Counted from the first letter of the stretch, positions 38,777-47,793 are shown. The stretch is DNA of 64,000 bases from Candidatus Poriferihabitaceae bacterium (GCA_965243285.1 OZ251537.1:1161019-1225018); one strand, 5' to 3'. The notes: generated by a model not told the origin, from the letters alone. Numbers and translations are program-made.

Positions 38777-39477
38777 ACACAGAACAAGAATTGCGCGAAA
38801 TTATCGGCGAATACAACACCGTTGTTAAAGTCGTTGATAAGGATGCCAAAGAAAGCGAAGACCATGCGTACGGCGGTTTTGTTCGTGAGGTAAAAGGAAA
38901 ACTACAGGAGCACATCACCGAATCGCTTATTATGGCTGCGTGGAATTCTGTAGGTGGCGACCCAGAGGTGTTAGAAATTAACAGCAAAAAAATATCCATC
39001 CCTATTAAGGAAGAATACCTTGACCGAATCGAAGATGACGAAGTTAAGAAGCATATCGCCCAAAATATAGATAACTATATTTACAAATTATCAGTTGATA
39101 AGCATGTTTTTGTCAACGGTGAATTTGTCATTGGCATTGAATGCAAGGCATTTACGGAAAACGCCATGATCAAAAGAATTTTGCTCGATTTTGATTTGCT
39201 AAAAACCCAGTATCCGAATTTATTATGCTATTTATTTCAATTAGAAAGTCAACTTGGCGGCGATTACAGAAAATTAACTAAACCAATTTTTGGCAGTCAC
39301 TCAACGCGAACTTTGCAATCATATTTTTCATGCGACTTAACTATTGTTACGCTGCTTGAAGGCGAGAGAGATATTGAACGGGCAATTCATAAGCCTGGGT
39401 GTTTTAAGGAATTGAACCTAGAGGTATTGCAAGATACAGTACATATTCTCGCCAAAGACATGCGGCAATTTTCGTAA
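38773..39477 (+). CDS. Putative Type II restriction endonuclease, cassette 3
   Basis: ATGA overlap with the methylase stop. Candidate PD-ExK core (SVDKHVF...VIGIECKA). AT-rich. Confidence 0.6.
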   Translation: MNTEQELREIIGEYNTVVKVVDKDAKESEDHAYGGFVREVKGKLQEHITESLIMAAWNSVGGDPEVLEINSKKISIPIKEEYLDRIEDDEVKKHIAQNIDNYIYKLSVDKHVFVNGEFVIGIECKAFTENAMIKRILLDFDLLKTQYPNLLCYLFQLESQLGGDYRKLTKPIFGSHSTRTLQSYFSCDLTIVTLLEGERDIERAIHKPGCFKELNLEVLQDTVHILAKDMRQFS

Positions 39478-39627
39478 GGATTATGCTTAAAGTATATCCA
39501 CCCAATGCAAATCAAGCAGTCACTGCATCCATCCGTTGCAAAACCGGCGATAAAGCCCCGTGCAGTAAAATGCACCGGGTGGAGTCATTAATACACCAAC
39601 GGAAAGTGCTCATTTTCGGTCACCACC

Positions 39628-39661
39628 GCCCCGCCTCGTCCATTCGGGCGGGGCTTTTTTT
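39628..39661 (+). terminator. Rho-independent terminator just upstream of nuoL
   Basis: GCCCCGCC-loop-GGCGGGGC followed by T7, 36 nt before the nuoL ATG. Confidence 0.75.
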
Positions 39662-39697
39662 GCTTAAAATCCCCCCCCAAACCTCCACCCCATCCCC

Positions 39698-41659
39698 ATG
39701 AAAACCATCTACCTCGCCATCCCCCTCATCTGCCTAGTCTCTTCCATACTCATCGGACTGTTTGGGCGGCGGATGGGGCGTGTTGGGGCGCATTCTATCG
39801 CCATCGCCGGGGTGGCGGCGGCGTTTGTGTTATCGCTGGTGGTGTATGTGGATGTGCGCGCTGGCAATTATTTCAATGATGTGATTTATACCTGGGCGGT
39901 GAGCGACAATGTGCCGCTGAATATCGGTTTTTTGATCGACCAACTCAGCGCCATGATGATGGTGGTGGTCACTTTCGTGTCGTTGATGGTGCACATCTAC
40001 ACCATCGGCTATATGGCTGGCGACCCCGGCTATCAGCGTTTTTTTTGCTACATCTCGCTGTTTACTTTCGCCATGTTGATGTTGGTGATGGCGAACAATT
40101 TTATGCAGTTGTTTTTCGGCTGGGAGGCGGTGGGTTTAATTTCATACCTATTAATTGGTTTTTGGTATGAACGCGACAGCGCTATTTTTGCCAACCTCAA
40201 AGCATTTTTAGTCAACCGCGTGGGTGATTTTGGCTTCCTGCTCGGCATCGCCGCGGTCATGGCATTATTCGGCTCGCTGGATTACGCCGCGGTGTTCGCC
40301 GGCGCCGACGGCATGCGCGAGCAGACCGTCGCCACCCCGTTCGGCGAGTGGAAGTGGATCACCATCATCTGCCTATTGTTATTCGTCGGCGCCATGGGCA
40401 AATCGGCGCAAGCGCCGTTGCATGTATGGCTGCCGGATTCCATGGAGGGACCCACCCCCATCTCGGCGCTGATTCACGCCGCCACCATGGTCACCGCCGG
40501 CATCTATATGGTGGCGCGTATGTCGCCGTTGTTCGAGTTATCGGAGACGGCTTTATCGGCGGTGCTCATCATCGGCGCCACTACCGCCATGCTCATGGGG
40601 TTGGTGGGCTTAGTGCAAAACGACATCAAGCGCGTGGTGGCGTATTCCACCTTATCGCAGTTGGGCTATATGACCGTGGCGTTAGGCGCATCGGCCTATC
40701 AGGTGGCGATTTTTCATCTCGGCACGCACGCCTTTTTCAAGGCGTTGCTGTTCCTCGCCGCCGGCTCGGTCATCATCGCCATGCATCATGAGCAAGACAT
40801 GCGAAAAATGGGCGGGCTTAAATCGCTGATGCCGGTCACTTATATAACCGCCGCCGTCGGCTCCTTGGCGCTGGCCGGCATCCCCCCCTTCGCCGGCTTT
40901 TTCTCCAAAGACGCCATCATCGAAGCCACCCGCCACAGCGCCATCTGGGGCGCCGGTTATGCCTATGTCATGGTGCTACTCGGCGTATTCGTCACCGCCT
41001 TATATGCATTTCGATTATTGTTTATGACCTTCCACGGCAAAAATCGCTCGGCGCCGCACATCCGCCGCCAGTTGCGCGAACCACCGGGCGTGGTCACCTG
41101 GCCGCTGGTGGCGCTGGCCATCCCCTCGCTGTTGGTCGGCGGAATGTTTTTCGAAGCCGTTATCGATGGCAGTTTTTTCGGCGATGCAATTCGCGTCGCC
41201 CCGCAGCATGATGTGATGGCGCAACTCGCCGCCGTAAACCCAGACAAACATGGCATAGCGTTGATCTTCGCCACCTTACTGCACAGCGTATTAGCGCCGC
41301 CGCTGTGGTTGGCGGCCGCTGGCATCGGCTGCGCCTGGTATGGCTATTGCAAGAGTCCGGCCTGGCCGGGGCGCGTAAAAACCGCCTCCGGGCCACTCTA
41401 TCACCTGCTGAAAAACAAGTATGGATTCGACGCCCTGTACCAAGTGCTATTCGCGCGCGGCTCGGTGGCGCTCGGGCACTTTTTATCGGCGCGTATCGAT
41501 GGCGGCATGGTGGATGGCTTCATCGTAAACGGCACGGCGCGCGCGGTGGGGCTATGCGCCGGCGCCATGCGCACCATCCAAACCGGTCTCACCTATCACT
41601 ACGCATTCGTGATGATCGTTGGCCTGTTTTGTATGATCACCTATTTCGTGTGGTGGTAG
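39698..41659 (+). CDS. nuoL: NADH-quinone oxidoreductase subunit L
   Basis: ...FFGWEAVGLISYLLIGFW...GKSAQAPLHVWLPDSMEGPTPISALIHAATMVTAG... Confidence 0.95.
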   Translation: MKTIYLAIPLICLVSSILIGLFGRRMGRVGAHSIAIAGVAAAFVLSLVVYVDVRAGNYFNDVIYTWAVSDNVPLNIGFLIDQLSAMMMVVVTFVSLMVHIYTIGYMAGDPGYQRFFCYISLFTFAMLMLVMANNFMQLFFGWEAVGLISYLLIGFWYERDSAIFANLKAFLVNRVGDFGFLLGIAAVMALFGSLDYAAVFAGADGMREQTVATPFGEWKWITIICLLLFVGAMGKSAQAPLHVWLPDSMEGPTPISALIHAATMVTAGIYMVARMSPLFELSETALSAVLIIGATTAMLMGLVGLVQNDIKRVVAYSTLSQLGYMTVALGASAYQVAIFHLGTHAFFKALLFLAAGSVIIAMHHEQDMRKMGGLKSLMPVTYITAAVGSLALAGIPPFAGFFSKDAIIEATRHSAIWGAGYAYVMVLLGVFVTALYAFRLLFMTFHGKNRSAPHIRRQLREPPGVVTWPLVALAIPSLLVGGMFFEAVIDGSFFGDAIRVAPQHDVMAQLAAVNPDKHGIALIFATLLHSVLAPPLWLAAAGIGCAWYGYCKSPAWPGRVKTASGPLYHLLKNKYGFDALYQVLFARGSVALGHFLSARIDGGMVDGFIVNGTARAVGLCAGAMRTIQTGLTYHYAFVMIVGLFCMITYFVWW

Positions 41660-41663
41660 CGGT

Positions 41664-43157
41664 ATGGAAAATCATCTGCTCAGCGCGTTAATTTGGTTGC
41701 CGGTTATCGCCGGCGCGGTGATTCTCGGCCTCGGCGGACGCGGGCCGACGGGTCAGCACGCCGCCGTGGCGAAAAATCTCGCGCTCGGTTTTTCTATCGC
41801 GATTTTTTTGCTGAGCGTGCCGTTATATGCGCGCTTCGATGCCGCCACCGCCGCCATGCAATTCACCGAGCGTGCAAGTTGGGTGCCGGCCTTCAACATC
41901 CACTACGCGCTTGGCGTAGACGGCATCTCCATGCCGCTCATCTTGCTGACCACGCTGATGACGGTGGTGGTCATCATCGCCGGCCGCCGCGCCATCACCC
42001 AACGAGTGGCGCATTACATGGCGGCATTTTTGATTATGGAAGGGTTGATGATCGGCGTGTTCGCGGCGCTCGATGCGGTGCTGTTTTATCTCTTTTGGGA
42101 ATCCATGTTGATCCCCATGTTCTTAATCATCGGCATATGGGGCGGGCCGAATCGCATCTACGCCACCATCAAATTTTTCCTCTACACCCTGTTAGGCTCG
42201 CTGCTGATGTTGGTCGCCCTGCTGTACTTACGCCACGCCAGCGGCGGCAGTTTCAGCATTTTGGATTATCACGCCCTACCGCTGGATCTAGCGGCGCAAA
42301 CCCTAATCTTCTTCGCCTTCTTCGCCGCCTTCGCAGTCAAGGTGCCCATGTTTCCGGTGCACACTTGGCTGCCCGATGCGCATGTGGAGGCGCCCACCGG
42401 CGGCTCGGTCATCCTCGCCGCCATCATGCTGAAAATGGGCGGCTACGGCTTCCTGCGTTTCAGCCTGCCCATCACCCCGGACGCCAGCCGCGATTTAGCC
42501 TGGCTGATGATCGCGCTGTCCTTAGTCGCGGTGGTGTATATCGCGTTAGTGGCCTTAGCGCAGCGCGACATGAAAAAACTTATCGCCTATTCATCCATCT
42601 CGCACATGGGCTTCGTCACCCTCGGCTTGTTCGTGTTCAACGCCCATGGCGCCGAGGGCGCGATGATGCAGATGATCTCGCACGGCTTCATTTCCGCGGC
42701 GTTGTTTTTGTGCGTCGGCGTCTTGTACGACCGCATGCACTCGCGCATGTTGGATAGCTACGGCGGCATCGCCAAACCCATGCCGGTGTTCGCCGCCTTC
42801 ATGGTGTTATTCGCCATGGCGAATTCCGGGCTGCCCGGCACCTCGGGTTTTGTCGGTGAATTTTTAGTCATCCTCGGCGCCTTCCAATTCGATGCCTGGG
42901 TGGCCGCCGCCGCCGCCCTCACCCTAATTTTCGGCGCCGCCTACACCTTGTGGATGGTCAAGCGCGTCATCTACGGCAAAACGCCATCCGATGAAGTGGC
43001 CGCCTTGCCCGATTTAAGCGCGCGCGAAGTCACCTTCATGTCCATGTTGGCCGCCATGGTGTTGTTAGTCGGTATCTGGCCGAACCCCATACTCGAAGTC
43101 ATGCACGCCACTATCGATAACCTCTTAGCGCATGTCGCGCTCAGCAAATTGCCGTAA
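41664..43157 (+). CDS. nuoM: NADH-quinone oxidoreductase subunit M
   Basis: ...FAVKVPMFPVHTWLPDAHVEAPTGGSVILAAIMLKMGGYGFLRF... Confidence 0.95.
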   Translation: MENHLLSALIWLPVIAGAVILGLGGRGPTGQHAAVAKNLALGFSIAIFLLSVPLYARFDAATAAMQFTERASWVPAFNIHYALGVDGISMPLILLTTLMTVVVIIAGRRAITQRVAHYMAAFLIMEGLMIGVFAALDAVLFYLFWESMLIPMFLIIGIWGGPNRIYATIKFFLYTLLGSLLMLVALLYLRHASGGSFSILDYHALPLDLAAQTLIFFAFFAAFAVKVPMFPVHTWLPDAHVEAPTGGSVILAAIMLKMGGYGFLRFSLPITPDASRDLAWLMIALSLVAVVYIALVALAQRDMKKLIAYSSISHMGFVTLGLFVFNAHGAEGAMMQMISHGFISAALFLCVGVLYDRMHSRMLDSYGGIAKPMPVFAAFMVLFAMANSGLPGTSGFVGEFLVILGAFQFDAWVAAAAALTLIFGAAYTLWMVKRVIYGKTPSDEVAALPDLSAREVTFMSMLAAMVLLVGIWPNPILEVMHATIDNLLAHVALSKLP

Positions 43158-43210
43158 ATCCGCGCTGTAATTTACGCTGCTAGTTAACATGGTCACCCGC
43201 CAACATACCT

Positions 43211-43403
43211 ATATATGTATGTTTATATTTATATCGATATCGATATCGATATCGATGTTGATATGTTATCGATAATGTATCGATGATATATCGATGTTGA
43301 TGTTGATGTCGATGTCGATGTTTATGTCGATATTGATATTTATATCGATGACAATGCCCATATCGATATTGATATCGATATAAATATCGACAACTTTGAT
43401 TTA
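43211..43403. repeat. AT-rich hexamer-periodic microsatellite built of ATCGAT/GATATC-type palindromes (nuoM-nuoN spacer)
   Basis: ...tatcgatatcgatatcgatatcgatgttgatatgttatcgataatgtatcgatgatatatcgatgttgatgttgatgtcgatgtcgatg... Confidence 0.9.
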
Positions 43404-43441
43404 ATCCCGCGCCACAACCCAACCCGCCGCGCAAAACTGCC

Positions 43442-44932
43442 ATGACTTACGCCTCCCTGAACGCCATCGCCGCGCTGCCGGAGATATTCCTCGCCATAGC
43501 GGCCTGCGGCATTCTCGTCATCGGCGTATACGCCAAGCGCGAGTACGGCGGCGCCCTCGGCTGCTGGCTCGGCGTCGCGGCGTTGTTGTGCACCGCAGCC
43601 CTCGCCCATAGCGGCTTATCGGCCGCCCTGTCCATACCGCTGGCGGCGTCGCCGGCCGCCGACCACGCCGCCTTCAACAACATGTTCATCGGCGACCCGA
43701 TGGCGAAATTGCTGAACATCGCGGTGTGCCTATTATCCGCCGCGGCCTTCCTATACAGCCGCCGCTACAACCATGACCGCGGCATTTTCACCTGCGAATA
43801 TTATGTGCTCGGCTTGTTTGCGGTGCTCGGCATGATGGTGATGTCATCCGCCAACCACTTGCTAACCCTATACCTCGGGCTGGAATTAATGTCGCTATGC
43901 CTATACGCGATGATCGCCTATTACCGCGATGACAAATTAGCCTCCGAAGCGGCCATGAAATATTTCGTGCTCGGCGCCTTAGCCTCGAGCATTTTGTTAT
44001 ATGGCATGTCGTTGTTATATGGATTGGTCGGCTCGCTGGAGTTATCCGCCATCGCCGCCGCCGTGGGCGCGCAACAAGATAACGCGGCACTGATTTTGGC
44101 GGTGGTCTTCATCGTCGTGGCGCTCGCATTCAAATTAGGCGCGGCACCGTTTCACATGTGGGCGCCGGATGTATACCACGGTGCCCCCACCTCCACCACC
44201 GCGTTTTTAAGCGCGGCGCCAAAAATCGCCGCCTTCGCGTTAGCCATGCGCCTGCTCGCCGGCGGCCTCGAAGAGTTGCACGCCATGTGGCAACCCATGT
44301 TGATCATCCTCGCGCTACTGTCGGTGACGGTCGGCAACATCATCGCCATCGCGCAAACCAACCTCAAGCGCATGCTGGCGTATTCCACCATCTCGCACAT
44401 GGGTTTTTTCCTATTCGGCATGGCCAGCGGCGGCGCCCACGGCTATAGCGCCGCGTTATTTTATGTATTGGTATACGCGTTGATGAGCCTCGGCGCCTTC
44501 GGCGTTATTTTGTGCTTGGCACGCGCCGATTTTGAAGCCGAAAATTTGGTCGACCTCACCGGCCTGAGCAAGAGCCGCCCGTGGCTGGCGTTATTGATGT
44601 TGATTCTCATGTTATCCATGGCCGGCATCCCCCCCACGGCCGGCTTTTTCGCCAAACTCAGCGTCATCCAGGCCTTGGTGCGCGCCGAATTGGTGTGGGT
44701 GGCGGTGGCCGCCGTGTTGTTAGCGGTGGTCGGCGCTTTTTATTACCTGCGCATCATCAAGTTGATATATTTCGATGCCCCGCCGGACGACGCCGCCGAC
44801 CCCCCCTTAAACGCCCCGCTGGACATGAAACTGTTGCTGTCATGCAACGCCTTCATCATCGTCGCCATCCTGCCGTGGATAAGCGGCTTAATCGCCATGT
44901 GCAATGAGGTTATCTTGCGCTTCGCGGTGTAA
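43442..44932 (+). CDS. nuoN: NADH-quinone oxidoreductase subunit N
   Basis: ...AFKLGAAPFHMWAPDVYHGAPTSTTAFLSAAPKIAAF... Confidence 0.95.
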   Translation: MTYASLNAIAALPEIFLAIAACGILVIGVYAKREYGGALGCWLGVAALLCTAALAHSGLSAALSIPLAASPAADHAAFNNMFIGDPMAKLLNIAVCLLSAAAFLYSRRYNHDRGIFTCEYYVLGLFAVLGMMVMSSANHLLTLYLGLELMSLCLYAMIAYYRDDKLASEAAMKYFVLGALASSILLYGMSLLYGLVGSLELSAIAAAVGAQQDNAALILAVVFIVVALAFKLGAAPFHMWAPDVYHGAPTSTTAFLSAAPKIAAFALAMRLLAGGLEELHAMWQPMLIILALLSVTVGNIIAIAQTNLKRMLAYSTISHMGFFLFGMASGGAHGYSAALFYVLVYALMSLGAFGVILCLARADFEAENLVDLTGLSKSRPWLALLMLILMLSMAGIPPTAGFFAKLSVIQALVRAELVWVAVAAVLLAVVGAFYYLRIIKLIYFDAPPDDAADPPLNAPLDMKLLLSCNAFIIVAILPWISGLIAMCNEVILRFAV

Positions 44933-45002
44933 CTTAAGTGCTGGTTTTTCGGCGCTGCTAATTTTTTCGCATGGCCGGTTTTGGCGGCGTTAGTTTTTTA
45001 AT

Positions 45003-45148
45003 GGGAATTATATACTTGTTGACCCAAGCCTTATTTCACGCCGATTTTATAGCGTTGCGTGAAGTATGTTTAGGTTAGGGTTTTTATGAGGTTTTTGGGG
45101 TAATGCAAGCGGTTTTTTTATTGTTGGGTCAACAACCATATAATTCCC
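45003..45148. mobile_element. 146-bp MITE with 25-bp terminal inverted repeats and 8-bp target-site duplication
   Basis: The left TIR is GGGAATTATATACTTGTTGACCCAA (45003-45027). The right TIR (45124-45148) has reverse complement GGGAATTATATGGTTGTTGACCCAA, a 23/25 match. TTTTTAAT is found on both flanks (44995-45002 and 45149-45156). No ORF inside. Confidence 0.85.
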
Positions 45149-45272
45149 TTTTTAATACCGCTAATTTTCCGCGCAACATTTTCGATACCGGAATTTTTCG
45201 CGCTGGTTTTTCGATGCCGCTGGTTTTCGACGCTGCTGAGTTTCTCGCCCGCTATTTTTCCGCTTGCCGCTC

Positions 45273-46508
45273 ATGAAAAAATTAAACATCGGGTTATTGT
45301 TCGGCGGCCGTTCTTGCGAACATGAAATATCGGTCATCTCGGCGCGCTCGATTCTGCACGCCATCGACCGCGCGAAATACCGCGTAACTTTAATCGCCAT
45401 CGATAAATCCGGTCGCTGGTATCTGGCTGATGATTTCGAGCAAGTGGTGCGCGAGGGTGTGGTCGATCCGTCGGCGGCCGCCACCCCCATCACCCTCGCC
45501 CTGCACAAAAACGGTAATTTATCCGCCGTCGGCGCGTTCACGCCCTCCACCGCCGTGCCAATCCCCGCCGTCGATGTGTTGTTCCCGGCCTTGCACGGCA
45601 CCTTCGGCGAAGACGGCGCCATCCAAGGGGTGTTCGAAATGGCCGGCATTCCCTATGTCGGTTGCGGCGTGGCGGCCTCGGCCTTAGCCATGGACAAAGC
45701 CCTGGCGAAAAAAATATTCGCCGCCGCCGCCATCCCCCAAGCCGCGCACCTCGTCATCTCCGCCGCCCAATGGCGCAGCGCGCCAGATGACGCCATCGCG
45801 CGCAGCGAAGCCCAACTCGGCTATCCGTTGTTCGTAAAACCGGCCGCGCTCGGCTCCAGCGTCGGCATCTCCAAAGCGCATGACCGCCGCCAACTCCGCG
45901 CCGCCATCACCTGCGCGCTGCGTTATGACAACAAAATCATCATCGAAGAATCTATGGAAAACTGCGCCGAAGTGGAATGCGCAGTACTCGGCAACGCCGG
46001 CGGCCATAACTCGGCCAATAACTCGGCCAATAACTCGGCCAATAACTCGGCCAATAACTCGGTCACCGACTCGGCCAATGACTCGGCCCATGACTCGGCC
46101 CACAACCCAGCCGCCGCCCGCGCCTCGGTGGTCGGCGAAATCATCCCCGGCGCCGAATTCTACGACTACACCACCAAATATCTAGACGACAAAACCGAAT
46201 TAGCCATCCCCGCCAACATCCCCCCCGCCGCCGCCGACCGCGTCCGCCAATTAGCCATCCAAGCATTCACCGAAATCGACGGCGCCGGCCTAGCCCGCGT
46301 GGATTTTTTCGTAAACCGCGCCACCGCCGAAGTAACTTTGAACGAAGTCAACACCCTGCCCGGCTTCACCCCCATCAGCATGTACCCCCGCCTATGGGCC
46401 GCCACCGGCATCCCCTACCCCGAACTAATAGACCACCTGATTCAACTAGCCCTACAAACCCACCACGCCAAAACCACATTACAACGCGCCATAGAATCGC
46501 CGGTGTAG
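45273..46508 (+). CDS. ddl: D-alanine--D-alanine ligase
   Basis: MKKLNIGLLFGGRSCEHEISVISA...LHGTFGEDGAIQG...NEVNTLPGFT. Start taken at ATG 45273. Confidence 0.9.
   Translation: MKKLNIGLLFGGRSCEHEISVISARSILHAIDRAKYRVTLIAIDKSGRWYLADDFEQVVREGVVDPSAAATPITLALHKNGNLSAVGAFTPSTAVPIPAVDVLFPALHGTFGEDGAIQGVFEMAGIPYVGCGVAASALAMDKALAKKIFAAAAIPQAAHLVISAAQWRSAPDDAIARSEAQLGYPLFVKPAALGSSVGISKAHDRRQLRAAITCALRYDNKIIIEESMENCAEVECAVLGNAGGHNSANNSANNSANNSANNSVTDSANDSAHDSAHNPAAARASVVGEIIPGAEFYDYTTKYLDDKTELAIPANIPPAAADRVRQLAIQAFTEIDGAGLARVDFFVNRATAEVTLNEVNTLPGFTPISMYPRLWAATGIPYPELIDHLIQLALQTHHAKTTLQRAIESPV
46008..46103 (+). repeat. In-frame 12-nt tandem repeat inside ddl (8 units, AACTCGGCCAAT consensus)
   Basis: 4 perfect plus 4 degenerate units encode NSANNSANNSANNSANNSVTDSANDSAHDSAH. 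Confidence 0.95.
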
Positions 46509-46578
46509 TGCTCAGTACCACCGAAAATAAAGTGATAGTATCTTGTAATCAATAATCAAATTTTTGAGGAAGCACAAC

Positions 46579-46939
46579 ATGAGTGATGAATTTGGGGGGC
46601 CATGGACTGTTCAGAAGTTAAATATTCTGGAAAAATATTTTAGATAGAGTGTTCGGCAACACTGAATGGAATCATTTTTATGAAAATATTTCGCAGCAAA
46701 ATTTATTTGGATGTTCTGGGAAAAAACGCCCCTCCGGATCTAAACAAATTGTCGACTTGTACAAAATAAACTTGGAAAAACTTTTTGGACGAAGGTTTAT
46801 GAAAAATTCAAAAAATGCTCCTTTGTTTGAGTTTATTTTTTGCGTAGGCAGTCCAAGTGATGCTGCTATAAGACTTGCCAAAGATATCGCTACACGCACC
46901 ATCATAAACTCAACCGAGCATCTCATCGATGGCAAATAA
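46579..46939 (+). pseudogene. Degraded three-Cys-motif partner protein (TcmP-like) gene
   Basis: GAGGA-N8-ATG gives MSDEFGGPWTVQKLNILEKYFR and then a stop. A +1-shifted frame continues to ...LFEFIFCVGSPSDAAIRLAKDI.... About 120 codons remain in total, and the end overlaps the DUF5131 start as in intact pairs. The family assignment is from memory. Confidence 0.4.
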
Positions 46940-47744
46940 CTCAACCATCGAATGGACTGACCACACCTTCAATCCATGGTGGGGGTGCGTTAAGGTTTCC
47001 CATGCGTGTAAACATTGTTATGCGCAAACTTTCGACCATCGGTTGGGCGGTGCGCATTGGGGAGCGCGGTCACCGCGGCGGTTTTTTGGCGAGCAACATT
47101 GGGGCGCGCCGTTGCGGTGGCAGATTCAAGCGCAGCGCCAGGGGGTGCGAAAAAAAGTATTTTGCGCCTCCATGGCGGATGTGTTCGAGCGCCGCGGGGA
47201 TTTAAATCCGCATCGCGAGCGCTTGTGGGGATTGATCGAGCAAACGCCGGATTTGGATTGGCTGCTGCTCACCAAACGCCCGCAAAATATTGGCACCTAT
47301 GCGCCGTGGAAAACACGCTGGCCGCGCAATGTGTGGTTAGGCACCACAGTGGAAAATCAAAAATGGGCTAATCAGCGCATCCCGTTGCTACTCAAATTCC
47401 CCGCCACCATCCGCTTTTTATCTTGCGAGCCGCTGTTGGGGGCGGTGGATTTAAGTCCGTGGATAGCCGACCTCGGCTGGGTTATCGCCGGCGGTGAATC
47501 CGGCCACCAGGCGCGCCCGACAAATCCGCTTTGGCTGAAATCATTGGCTACGCTGTGCCAAACCACCGCCACGCCCTTTCATTTTAAGCAGTGGGGGCAT
47601 TGGGCGCCGGCGGCAACGGCGCGCCTCGCCGGCCGAAAAAACCCGCGCCGCCACGACACCGGCGCCGAAACCTTGTTAGCGGTGGGCAAAGCCGCCGCCG
47701 GCCGGGAATTAGACGGCCGATATTGGGACCAAGCACCCGCATAG
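46929..47744 (+). CDS. DUF5131 / phage Gp37-Gp68 family protein
   Basis: MANNSTIEWTDHTFNPWWGCVKVSHACKHCYA... three-Cys N-terminus, plus ...FLSCEPLLG..DL...WVIAGGESG.... Confidence 0.8.
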   Translation: MANNSTIEWTDHTFNPWWGCVKVSHACKHCYAQTFDHRLGGAHWGARSPRRFFGEQHWGAPLRWQIQAQRQGVRKKVFCASMADVFERRGDLNPHRERLWGLIEQTPDLDWLLLTKRPQNIGTYAPWKTRWPRNVWLGTTVENQKWANQRIPLLLKFPATIRFLSCEPLLGAVDLSPWIADLGWVIAGGESGHQARPTNPLWLKSLATLCQTTATPFHFKQWGHWAPAATARLAGRKNPRRHDTGAETLLAVGKAAAGRELDGRYWDQAPA

Positions 47745-47793
47745 GCGCCCACCGCCAGCGTGCTCGATTGTATAAATCGCGAGCGGTTTATTT

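Noticed and set aside
39483-39701. 72-aa ORF between the third R gene and nuoL
   Set aside because: It has no RBS, runs straight through the terminator hairpin and T-tract, and its composition is atypical of coding DNA.
43180-43443. ORF encoding YRYQYRY...HRHKHRHRHQHQHRY on the minus strand
   Set aside because: Artefact of the ATCGAT hexamer array in the nuoM-nuoN spacer.
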